Below are positions 51,005-59,237 of a stretch of 64,000 nucleotides of DNA, piece by piece. The notes beneath the pieces are model-generated. The model had not been told where the DNA came from. It saw nothing but the letters and a program-made list of their open reading frames with translations, and made no database searches. Made by a program: the position numbers and the translations under genes. Positions within the stretch are counted from its first letter, which is position 1. Every line of letters begins with the position of its first letter. The DNA is taken from assembly GCA_003660975.1 (NCBI GenBank), contig QMVG01000004.1:1-64000 (forward strand). The letters are read 5' to 3'. The stretch is from Candidatus Micrarchaeota archaeon (lineage in GTDB: Archaea > B1Sed10-29 > B47-G15).

Positions 51005-52054
51005 ATGTCCTATAAAATATTGAGCATAAAGGGAATAGATATAGAGCTGCACCTGTTTTTCATAATATTCATTTTGAGCCTTCTTATCTTAGACCCACTT
51101 ACATCCTTTTTTCTGATAATTATTTTCGTTTTTGTTGCTTTGCATGAGTTAAGCCACTCTTTAGTTGCCATGAGAAATGGGATAAAGGTTAAGAAAATAG
51201 TTCTCCTGCCCATAGGCGGAGTTGCCATGATAGACAATGTGGAGATGAAGCCCCTTTCTGAAATAAAGATGGCATTGGCAGGGCCGCTCTTTAATTTTCT
51301 GGTTGTTTATCTGCTCTTATTCCTTGCCTATATCTTCCAGCTGCCTCTTGTTGAGTGGATAAAAGCTTTTTCATCAGGAAACATTTCCCTGCTCCAGATG
51401 TTATATGTCTATGTTTTGTATGCTAACCTAATACTTGGCGCTTTTAACCTCTTTGTGCCTGCATTTCCCCTTGATGGCGGGAGGATACTAAGGGCAGTTT
51501 TGGCATTGAAAATGGATTACTTGAAGGCCACTGATTACGCGAGAAAGATAAGCCTTATAATAGCTGCTATAATGTTTGTTCTGGCCTTCCACTTTGGAGA
51601 CCTTTGGATAATGATAATAACCTTTTTCATAGCTCTTGGTGCAGTCGGAGAGTATGAGGCAACGCTTATTCAGCACTCCTTGAAAAGCAGGAAAGTTTCA
51701 GAGCTGCTGACTAGTGATTTTATCTTGTTGAAAGCGTCAGACCCTGTAGCCACTGCTCTTTATTACATGATAATGAGAGACAAGAAGAGCTGCCTTGTCA
51801 GGTATTACAACAGGTTTTTTGTGCTTGAGATAAAGGATGTGCTTAGGGTTCCAAGAAGCAGGTGGCTCTCAACAGCTGTTGTGAACGTGGCAAAGCCTGC
51901 ATTTATTTTGTACGAAAAAAGCAGTTTTGAGGAGTCATTGAGGCATTTCAAGAAAACAGGGCTCTCTATGTTGCCTGTTCTTAGGGATGATGGAAGCTTG
52001 TCTGCACTTTATTTTAGTGACTTACAGTCGTCTCTGGAGAAGGTGAAGGGATGA
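51005..52054 (+). CDS. Site-2 protease (M50) with degenerate CBS domains
   Basis: LHELSH, LAGPLFN, PAFPLDGGRILR. Confidence 0.9.
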   Translation: MSYKILSIKGIDIELHLFFIIFILSLLILDPLTSFFLIIIFVFVALHELSHSLVAMRNGIKVKKIVLLPIGGVAMIDNVEMKPLSEIKMALAGPLFNFLVVYLLLFLAYIFQLPLVEWIKAFSSGNISLLQMLYVYVLYANLILGAFNLFVPAFPLDGGRILRAVLALKMDYLKATDYARKISLIIAAIMFVLAFHFGDLWIMIITFFIALGAVGEYEATLIQHSLKSRKVSELLTSDFILLKASDPVATALYYMIMRDKKSCLVRYYNRFFVLEIKDVLRVPRSRWLSTAVVNVAKPAFILYEKSSFEESLRHFKKTGLSMLPVLRDDGSLSALYFSDLQSSLEKVKG

Positions 52055-52452
52055 GCTCAAAATTCAGCTTTGAATATGCACCAGATGTTCAGGTCTTGGT
52101 TGAAAGGCTGATAAGGGTTTTGGAGCTTGACTACATAAAAAAGGAAAATGTTATTTGCATGAGGTCTTATGGAAGCACAGCAAATGCCTATGCGAGGATA
52201 TGGGAGCTGCCCTCTATATGGCAAAAGGCCCTCAACATAGAGCCTCATTACGTCATAGAGGTCTTGTCTCAGCACTACGACAAGCTGCCACAGGAGGAAA
52301 AAGAAAAAACTTTAATACACGAACTGCTTCATATTCCGAAAAGCTTCAGCGGTGCTACTGTCCCCCACAAGAACTTTGACAGGCGGATAGACGCGAGGAC
52401 TGTTAACAGGCTTTACAAGAGATACAAGGAGAGGTTGATGGATTATGGATGA
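52051..52452 (+). CDS. Putative metallopeptidase
   Basis: AYARIW, LIHELLHIP. Confidence 0.8.
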   Translation: MSSKFSFEYAPDVQVLVERLIRVLELDYIKKENVICMRSYGSTANAYARIWELPSIWQKALNIEPHYVIEVLSQHYDKLPQEEKEKTLIHELLHIPKSFSGATVPHKNFDRRIDARTVNRLYKRYKERLMDYG

Positions 52453-52954
52453 TTTCTGGGATGAGGATGAGGAGTTCCTGCAGCGCAGCGATGGAAAATA
52501 TAGAAAACTGGTTAGCTGTATTGTTTACTGGGGCAATGCAGAGCAGTTTCTCTTGCTTCACAGGAAACTCAGGTGGCATGGTTATGAGTTTCCAAAAGGG
52601 GGGATAAAGAAAGGAGAGAGTTTGGAGGAAGCAGCCAGAAGAGAGCTGAGAGAGGAAGCAGGCATAGAAGACATAATTTCAATAAAAGACACGGGGATTG
52701 AGATTAAATACAAGTGGCCTCCTGAAATCGTGAAGCACCCAGGCAATAAGAACAAATACGATGGTGCAATACAACACTTTATGCTGGTAAAAGTTCCGTA
52801 CAAAAAAGCAGAGGTAAAGAGCGATGAGCACGATGGCCTTCTCTGGGCAAGAGCAAATGTTGTGGATGAGTACCTTGCTTTTGAAAACCTGAGACAGGCC
52901 TTTAGAAAAGCATTAAAAATGATAGCAGAGGTAAAAGATAATAGGCCCCAGTAG
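52445..52954 (+). CDS. NUDIX hydrolase
   Basis: Nudix box GGIKKGESLEEAARRELREEAG. Confidence 0.9.
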   Translation: MDDFWDEDEEFLQRSDGKYRKLVSCIVYWGNAEQFLLLHRKLRWHGYEFPKGGIKKGESLEEAARRELREEAGIEDIISIKDTGIEIKYKWPPEIVKHPGNKNKYDGAIQHFMLVKVPYKKAEVKSDEHDGLLWARANVVDEYLAFENLRQAFRKALKMIAEVKDNRPQ

Positions 52955-53059
52955 CTCAATGGCAGAGCGCTCGCCTCGTAGGCCTTTCAATGATGACTGC
53001 TAAAAAGCGCTGAGAGCCGAGAAAGCGAGAGGTTGAGGGTTCAAATCCCTCCTGGGGCT
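52945..53059 (+). tRNA. tRNA-Thr(CGT) with 43-nt intron (52981-53023)
   Basis: GCCCCAG/CTGGGGC acceptor, CTCGC/GCGAG stem, BHB with CTCG/CGAG central helix. Confidence 0.93.
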
Positions 53060-53087
53060 TTTATGGCCGTGAGCCAGAGGTTCTGCT

Positions 53088-53222
53088 TCGCTTAATCTTC
53101 CACATCTATCCCAGAAAAAGGCTTTTTCCTTTTTGCTTAGCTTTTTCCACAGCTTTCCCAGAAAAAGGCATATTTTTATTTTCGCTTAAGCCTTTTCCAC
53201 ATCTATCCCAGAAAAAGGCTTA
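53088..53222 (+). repeat. Three REP-like palindromes behind tRNA-Thr
   Basis: Three units of GCTTA..TTCCACA....TCCCAGAAAAAGGC; best copy 53187-53222. Confidence 0.88.
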
Positions 53223-54389
53223 CTTTCCAATTCTTCTGATTGTGCTTCCGTAGTGTTTTATCACGTATATCAAAAGCGCAGGGCTAATCAGAGTTGCAAG
53301 CACGGATGATGAGACAATCGCAGTAAAGAGTATTGAGTCTATGATTTTGTTGACGAAGAGGAATTGGGCAACAGCAAGCTCGGTAGAGAACCTTATGGAC
53401 AGGGCTATGCCTGCAAAGAGGCCTCCAATGTCCTTGAACCTCTTTTTCATAAACGCCCAGCTGACAGCCACCTTTGTGGCCATAGGTATGACATAGAATG
53501 CTATCGTAAGCATTGGGAATATCAGTATTGAATGAATGTCTAAGCTCATCCCAACCCATGCAAAGAACAAAGGGCCAAAGAGAGAGTAGCCAACGCTTCT
53601 TATGCCATAGTCTGCCATTTTTAATTCATTTGATGGAACTAGGTTTCTTAAAGCGATTCCTGCCAAGATTGCCCCAATGCCCTCTGCTTTTGCAAAGTCA
53701 CCCAAGGCCAGGAAAACGAAGAATATAGCAAAGCCAGCCAGCATCAGCTGTTCAATCTCAGGGAACCTGAACAGCCTTCTCTTGACCTTTTTTGTTTTTA
53801 CAAAAATAAGCGTTGTAATAACCATAAGCCCTATTATTACAAAAGACGCTAGAATGTTAAAGAGCGAAGAAAAGCCAACCTTTGTTACTATCAAACCAGC
53901 AATAAGCAGCGCGGCCACCTCAAAAACATCATCCAAGACTCCAATACCTATGACAGCAGCCCCTATCTTTGTGTTCAGCAGCTTGAACTCATCAAGGATT
54001 GGCACTAAGACCGCCTCCCCTACACAGTGTGCGGTTAGGCCTATCACAAGAGCAACAGAGAAGGGATAGCCAAAAGCCATTAATACTAATGTCCACACAG
54101 CTGTTGACAAAACCTGGATGCCTAAGGTTGTTTTCACCACAACATCTGATATCTCTCTTAGCTTCTCCGTGCTCAGGTTAAAGCCAACCAGAAAAAGCAT
54201 AAAGTACATGCCAAGACTGCCTAACAGCTCATAGTCAGAAAAACCAGAAAAAGATTCATTAAGCCCTAGGAGATTAAACGCTATCCCAACGAGCAGAGCA
54301 GCGAACAGCCATGGAATCCTGAGCTTTTCAAATAAGTGCCCTAAAATCAGCGTCACTAAGAATATAATTGCTATAATGTACAGTAGCAT
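53220..54389 (-). CDS. Cation:proton antiporter (CPA family)
   Basis: About 12 TMs; GVLDDV, FGPLFFAWVG. Confidence 0.88.
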   Translation of the reverse strand: MLLYIIAIIFLVTLILGHLFEKLRIPWLFAALLVGIAFNLLGLNESFSGFSDYELLGSLGMYFMLFLVGFNLSTEKLREISDVVVKTTLGIQVLSTAVWTLVLMAFGYPFSVALVIGLTAHCVGEAVLVPILDEFKLLNTKIGAAVIGIGVLDDVFEVAALLIAGLIVTKVGFSSLFNILASFVIIGLMVITTLIFVKTKKVKRRLFRFPEIEQLMLAGFAIFFVFLALGDFAKAEGIGAILAGIALRNLVPSNELKMADYGIRSVGYSLFGPLFFAWVGMSLDIHSILIFPMLTIAFYVIPMATKVAVSWAFMKKRFKDIGGLFAGIALSIRFSTELAVAQFLFVNKIIDSILFTAIVSSSVLATLISPALLIYVIKHYGSTIRRIGK

Positions 54390-54421
54390 ATTGCCTATTA
54401 AGGAATTGTTATATTAAATGT

Positions 54422-54664
54422 TTATTCCTTATAGACCCTCACGTTTTCGTGAACCTTCTGCTCAACCTTCATGCCTATGTCATCGCCTGGCTTTGCCTCT
54501 TCTATGTTTTCATGCTCTATCTGCATTGACTCAACCTTTTGGCTGAAATCAACATTCGCTCCCTTGAAGTGGACAGTGTCTCCTACTTTTATGTTTCCTG
54601 TTACCTTTATTACTGCTACTCCTATCTTATTGAAGTAATGAGTGACAACTCCAACCTCTTCCAT
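54422..54664 (-). CDS. Translation-elongation-factor-like beta-barrel protein
   Basis: VGVVTHYFNKIGVA, QKVESMQIEH, GDDIGMKV. Confidence 0.85.
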   Translation of the reverse strand: MEEVGVVTHYFNKIGVAVIKVTGNIKVGDTVHFKGANVDFSQKVESMQIEHENIEEAKPGDDIGMKVEQKVHENVRVYKE

Positions 54665-54696
54665 GTTAAAAATTGCTGCGTAAATAGAATATAAAT

Positions 54697-54894
54697 TTAA
54701 TGTATTGATAGGGATGATATTATGTCATCTATTTCCTCTAAATGCTCTGTTTTCTGCTGCCATAAAAACTTAAACTCCCTAATTATATTTTCCTCTATAC
54801 AGTCGTTTATTATTCTTTCATAGCCTTGCTTTACCTCTTCCTCAGATCTCCTTATTTTCTCCATTAGCTCAAGCAGCTCAGAAGACATGCGCAT
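54697..54894 (-). CDS. Small helical protein, half-ferritin-like
   Basis: SEEEVKQGY...KTEHLEEI; overlaps the upstream gene. Confidence 0.55.
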   Translation of the reverse strand: MRMSSELLELMEKIRRSEEEVKQGYERIINDCIEENIIREFKFLWQQKTEHLEEIDDIISSLSIH

Positions 54895-55120
54895 CACTCT
54901 TTTCAATAGCTTCCAGAACCTTCTCCAACCTGTCCTTGTGCTCTTCTGCCTCCTTTCCCATTTGGACAAGCAGCACGAAGACTCTCTTTCCAGAGTCAGA
55001 GCCGTCTGACCTTATTATTTCAGATGCCTGCTGGTAGAGGTCTCGCAGCGCTTCTTCATCTTTTATTAGTTTCTCTATCTCCCTGCCCAGGGCCTGCTTT
55101 TCCATGCTGTGATAAGGCAT
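54878..55120 (-). CDS. Small helical protein, half-ferritin/rubrerythrin-like
   Basis: DEEALRDLY...EAEEHKDRLE. Confidence 0.6.
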   Translation of the reverse strand: MPYHSMEKQALGREIEKLIKDEEALRDLYQQASEIIRSDGSDSGKRVFVLLVQMGKEAEEHKDRLEKVLEAIEKSDAHVF

Positions 55121-55212
55121 TACTCATATAAAACAGTGCTTTCGTCTATTGCCTGCAAAAAGTTTATATATTAGTTTATTAACTTTAATATGCCACGCAA
55201 AGAGGGAGTTAT

Positions 55213-55326
55213 ATGCAAATACCAGAAGAGGAGTTCCCTGACGAGGACTGGGACTGGGACGATGAGGATGACTTGGACATCCCTTGGGACGAGGATGACG
55301 AGTTCCTGGAGGATGAGGAGGAATAA
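55213..55326 (+). CDS. 37-aa hyper-acidic peptide
   Basis: GAGGGAG RBS; MQIPEEEFPDEDWDWDDEDDLDIPWDEDDEFLEDEEE; TATA-like TTTATATA upstream. Confidence 0.65.
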   Translation: MQIPEEEFPDEDWDWDDEDDLDIPWDEDDEFLEDEEE

Positions 55327-56265
55327 TTAAAGCACTGCCTTACTGCTCAGGAAGAGCAGGTATAAGGCAAGTAGGAAGATAAAGCTTATTGCTTCCCATT
55401 TTTCAAACCTGTTTCTTATGATGCTTATTGTCATCAAGATCGAGAACGCAAGCATTATGTAAAAGTCAAGAACGTTTTTAGCAAATGAGAGAGGCAGGGC
55501 TTTTAACATTGAGGCAGTGCCAAGCACTAATAAAATATTGCTTACATTGCTTCCTATTATGGTTCCTACTGAAACATCTCCGTAATTCTTTTTAAAGGCT
55601 GTTAATATAGTTGTAAACTCAGGAAGGCTTGTCCCAAAAGCCACTATGCCTGCACTCATTGCCCACTTGCTTATGCCAAGCAGGTAAAAAATGCTCACAA
55701 CAGCATATATCACTAATCTTGCTCCAAAGTATAGGGAAAAAAGGGCAATAACCACCAATGCCACGTCCTTTACGTTTAGCTTTTCCCTTTTCACTACGTT
55801 ATTAGACCTGAATATCTTTTCTTCCTTGTACAGCGTTTTTAGGTATATAAAATACAGAAGCACCATGAAGAAGCCAATTATTGATGGAATGTATCCATAA
55901 AAGCCGAGCGCGAATAGCATCAAAGCGCTTACTAACAGCCAAACAGCGTCCCTGTCAAGCACCTTTTTTTCAAAGACCCTATATTTTTTTGCTATAAGGC
56001 CTGCAGCTATTATGAAAATGCTTATGTTGAAAATATTGCTTCCAACGATGTTTCCAACGCTTATGCTGGCCTCTGCTTGCCAGCTTGCCAAACTGCTGAC
56101 AGCCAGCTCTGGCAAGCTTGTGCCGATTGCCATTACTGTTAGCCCAATAAAGAGCCTGCTTATGCCCAAAGCCTTTGCAATCCTGACAGCTGCGTCTACC
56201 CCGTAATCAGCGCCTTTTGCGAGCAAAGCTATTCCGATAAGCAATGTTAAAAACTCTAAAAGCAT
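55327..56265 (-). CDS. Calcium/sodium antiporter (YrbG-like)
   Basis: Two GTSLPE...GSN alpha repeats. Confidence 0.92.
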   Translation of the reverse strand: MLLEFLTLLIGIALLAKGADYGVDAAVRIAKALGISRLFIGLTVMAIGTSLPELAVSSLASWQAEASISVGNIVGSNIFNISIFIIAAGLIAKKYRVFEKKVLDRDAVWLLVSALMLFALGFYGYIPSIIGFFMVLLYFIYLKTLYKEEKIFRSNNVVKREKLNVKDVALVVIALFSLYFGARLVIYAVVSIFYLLGISKWAMSAGIVAFGTSLPEFTTILTAFKKNYGDVSVGTIIGSNVSNILLVLGTASMLKALPLSFAKNVLDFYIMLAFSILMTISIIRNRFEKWEAISFIFLLALYLLFLSSKAVL

Positions 56266-56377
56266 CCAATCTCCTTGGCCACTGTCTCTCAGCTTACAGC
56301 TCATTTTTAGCAGCTATTCTTATAAATAGCTTTCTATCAAATCTTTTTATACCTGTAAGCAGATAAAAAACAACATC

Positions 56378-56461
56378 GCAGGGGTGCCGGAGTGGCCAAA
56401 CGGGATGGACTCAAGATCCATTGGCTTAGTGCCTTCGAGGGTTCGAATCCCTCCCCCTGCA
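56378..56461 (+). tRNA. tRNA-Leu(CAA)
   Basis: GCAGGGG/CCCCTGC acceptor, TGGA-CT-CAA-GA-TCCA arm, long variable arm. Confidence 0.96.
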
Positions 56462-56747
56462 CTAGGGACCGAAGGTCCCTATTGGGGGCTTCAGTTTCGC
56501 TTAAGCCTTTAACATCGGAATAACAGGAAAGGCTTAAATCCCTCCCCCTGCACTAAGCTTTTTCCTATGAAAACTGTGGAAAAAGCTTAAGCAAAAAAGA
56601 GGGGGAGGGAAGTTTTGATGAAACTTTTGCTAAAAGTTTCAATCCCTCCCCCTGCATTGCAACGCAGCTCGTTGCATCCGCAGGCGATCTTCGATCGCCT
56701 TTGCTTAAGCCTTTGACACAGAAAGGATAGGAAAGGCTTAAATCCCT
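56446..56747 (+). repeat. Tandem array of tRNA-Leu 3'-end copies separated by hairpin cassettes
   Basis: AATCCCTCCCCCTGCA at 56446, 56537 and 56641; truncated AATCCCT at 56741; inverted core GGGGGAGGGA at 56601. Confidence 0.88.
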
Positions 56748-56780
56748 GTGCTGTTAAAATACCAGTGAAGAGGTCAAGGC

Positions 56781-57041
56781 ATGAGGATTGAGAAGAAAAT
56801 ATGGCCGGAGTATTTTCAGAAAATAATTGATGGAGTCAAAACCTTTGAGTTAAGGCTGGCAGATTTTGAGTGCAGGCCTGGTGACATACTGGTTTTGAGG
56901 GAATGGGACCCAAGAACAAAAGAGTACACGGGCAGAGTTATTGAAAAGAAGGTCACTTACGTGGCCAAAAGCAAAGACATGAGGTCCTGGCCTGACGAGG
57001 ACATAAGGAAATATGGGTTTCTGGTTATTGGGTTTAAATGA
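56781..57041 (+). CDS. ASCH/PUA-like (DUF3850) protein
   Basis: KKIWPEYFQKIIDGVKTFELR, GDILVLREWD, YTGR. Confidence 0.88.
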   Translation: MRIEKKIWPEYFQKIIDGVKTFELRLADFECRPGDILVLREWDPRTKEYTGRVIEKKVTYVAKSKDMRSWPDEDIRKYGFLVIGFK

Positions 57042-57134
57042 GCGGCGGTTGATATGTTTTCAATGGTGGCCATATGATTAGATAATCGACAAACATGCGA
57101 ATCCTTTTTATATGTGAAAACAAGAAATAAAACG

Positions 57135-58895
57135 ATGCCATCCGAAACATACATTACGAAAACCTTGTCATTAAAACTCATTCCATCAGATGAAGAAAAG
57201 CAGGCGTTAGAAAACTATTTTATAACATTCCAGAGGGCCGTGAATTTTGCTATAGATAGAATAGTAGATATAAGAAGCTCCTTTAGATATCTAAACAAAA
57301 ATGAACAATTTCCAGCCGTGTGTGATTGCTGTGGTAAGAAAGAAAAGATAATGTATGTGAATATATCCAATAAAACCTTTAAGTTTAAACCATCAAGAAA
57401 TCAGAAGGATAGATACACGAAGGACATTTATACAATCAAGCCCAATGCCCACATATGTAAGACATGCTACAGTGGCGTTGCAGGAAATATGTTTATACGC
57501 AAACAAATGTATCCGAACGATAAAGAAGGGTGGAAAGTTTCGCGTTCATACAATATCAAAGTTAATGCCCCTGGACTGACTGGAACCGAATATGCTATGG
57601 CCATACGGAAGGCAATAAGTATATTAAGATCTTTTGAAAAGCGACGAAGAAATGCTGAAAGAAGAATCATAGAGTATGAAAAGTCCAAAAAAGAGTATTT
57701 AGAATTGATTGATGATGTTGAAAAAGGAAAGACAAATAAAATAGTGGTTCTTGAGAAAGAAGGCCATCAGCGAGTGAAAAGATATAAACACAAGAATTGG
57801 CCTGAGAAATGGCAAGGTATTTCTTTAAATAAAGCAAAAAGTAAGGTTAAAGATATTGAGAAAAGAATAAAAAAGCTCAAGGAGTGGAAACACCCTACAC
57901 TAAATCGACCATATGTCGAGTTACACAAAAATAATGTTAGGATAGTGGGTTATGAAACAGTGGAACTTAAATTAGGAAACAAAATGTACACCATACATTT
58001 TGCTAGCATATCTAATTTACGAAAACCATTTAGAAAACAAAAGAAAAAGTCCATAGAATATCTGAAACATCTCCTAACCCTAGCGTTAAAAAGAAATCTT
58101 GAAACATACCCCAGCATAATAAAAAGAGGTAAGAATTTCTTTTTGCAGTATCCTGTGCGAGTGACAGTTAAAGTGCCTAAGCTGACAAAAAATTTTAAAG
58201 CTTTTGGCATCGATAGAGGCGTAAATAGGCTTGCAGTAGGTTGTATAATCTCAAAAGATGGAAAACTTACCAATAAAAATATTTTTTTCTTCCATGGAAA
58301 GGAAGCGTGGGCCAAGGAAAACAGATACAAGAAGATTAGGGACAGATTATACGCTATGGCCAAGAAGTTGAGAGGAGATAAAACCAAGAAAATAAGGCTT
58401 TATCATGAGATTAGGAAGAAATTTAGACATAAAGTCAAATATTTCAGGAGAAACTATCTGCATAATATCTCTAAGCAAATTGTTGAGATTGCAAAGGAAA
58501 ATACACCGACTGTCATCGTATTAGAAGATTTACGGTACTTGAGAGAAAGGACATATAGAGGAAAAGGAAGAAGCAAAAAGGCGAAAAAAACAAATTATAA
58601 ATTAAATACTTTTACTTACAGAATGCTTATAGATATGATAAAATACAAGGCAGAAGAAGCGGGAGTTCCTGTAATGATTATTGACCCAAGAAACACATCA
58701 CGAAAATGTTCTAAGTGTGGTTATGTTGACGAAAATAATAGAAAACAAGCCTCGTTTAAGTGCCTTAAGTGTGGTTATAGTCTTAATGCAGACTTAAATG
58801 CAGCTGTCAATATAGCAAAAGCTTTTTATGAATGCCCCACGTTTAGATGGGAAGAAAAATTGCATGCATATGTTTGTTCAGAGCCCGATAAATAG
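57135..58895 (+). CDS. cas12f: Type V-F CRISPR effector Cas12f (Cas14b/Cas12f2-like), 586 aa
   Basis: RuvC-I FGIDRG, RuvC-II VLEDL, Zn ribbon CSKC/CLKC, RuvC-III NADLNAA, N-terminal CDCC..CKTC; adjacent tracrRNA, array and cas1/2/4; TATA ~25 nt before ATG 57135. Confidence 0.93.
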   Translation: MPSETYITKTLSLKLIPSDEEKQALENYFITFQRAVNFAIDRIVDIRSSFRYLNKNEQFPAVCDCCGKKEKIMYVNISNKTFKFKPSRNQKDRYTKDIYTIKPNAHICKTCYSGVAGNMFIRKQMYPNDKEGWKVSRSYNIKVNAPGLTGTEYAMAIRKAISILRSFEKRRRNAERRIIEYEKSKKEYLELIDDVEKGKTNKIVVLEKEGHQRVKRYKHKNWPEKWQGISLNKAKSKVKDIEKRIKKLKEWKHPTLNRPYVELHKNNVRIVGYETVELKLGNKMYTIHFASISNLRKPFRKQKKKSIEYLKHLLTLALKRNLETYPSIIKRGKNFFLQYPVRVTVKVPKLTKNFKAFGIDRGVNRLAVGCIISKDGKLTNKNIFFFHGKEAWAKENRYKKIRDRLYAMAKKLRGDKTKKIRLYHEIRKKFRHKVKYFRRNYLHNISKQIVEIAKENTPTVIVLEDLRYLRERTYRGKGRSKKAKKTNYKLNTFTYRMLIDMIKYKAEEAGVPVMIIDPRNTSRKCSKCGYVDENNRKQASFKCLKCGYSLNADLNAAVNIAKAFYECPTFRWEEKLHAYVCSEPDK

Positions 58896-58975
58896 CAAAT
58901 TTACTTATTCGGAGCCTGTTTAAGCCATTAGAAAAAGATAAATATTAAGAAGCACATAATTTATTTTGGTTACAT

Positions 58976-59146
58976 ATCACTGGATAATGAGAACAGCTGT
59001 AGATTAAGCTGTTTGATGTATTGTATTATGCTCCACTTTAATAAGTGGTGCCTTCCAAAGCTATATGCTGAGGGAGGATGGGCGCTGTTGCAGCGTCTGC
59101 CCACCTCAGAGTGGGTATCCTTACCTATTTTGAAAGGTTCTGTAAG
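58976..59146 (+). ncRNA. Cas12f tracrRNA (ends approximate)
   Basis: Anti-repeat TCCTTACCTATTTTGAAAGGTTCTGTAA (59118-59145); GTTGCA (59087-59092) complementary to the repeat 3' end; several hairpins. Confidence 0.85.
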
Positions 59147-59237
59147 TGTTTATAAATCCGATTGCAATTTTGCAACTTACCTATTTTTAAGTTTCAGATA
59201 TCTCGATAGACGCAGCAATACTCAAAAATTGTCTGCC

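Noticed and set aside
56656-56679. ATTGCAAC/GTTGCAT resemblance to the CRISPR repeat ends
   Set aside because: Only 6-7 nt and explained by a local hairpin; not distinguishable from chance
56446-56747. Second CRISPR array
   Set aside because: The repeat is the tRNA 3' end, and the intervals are 70-85 nt, palindromic and partly related to each other
57114-58895. IS605/IS607 TnpB transposon gene
   Set aside because: No tnpA or IS ends seen; the protein is longer than typical TnpB and is flanked by an anti-repeat, an array and cas1/2/4
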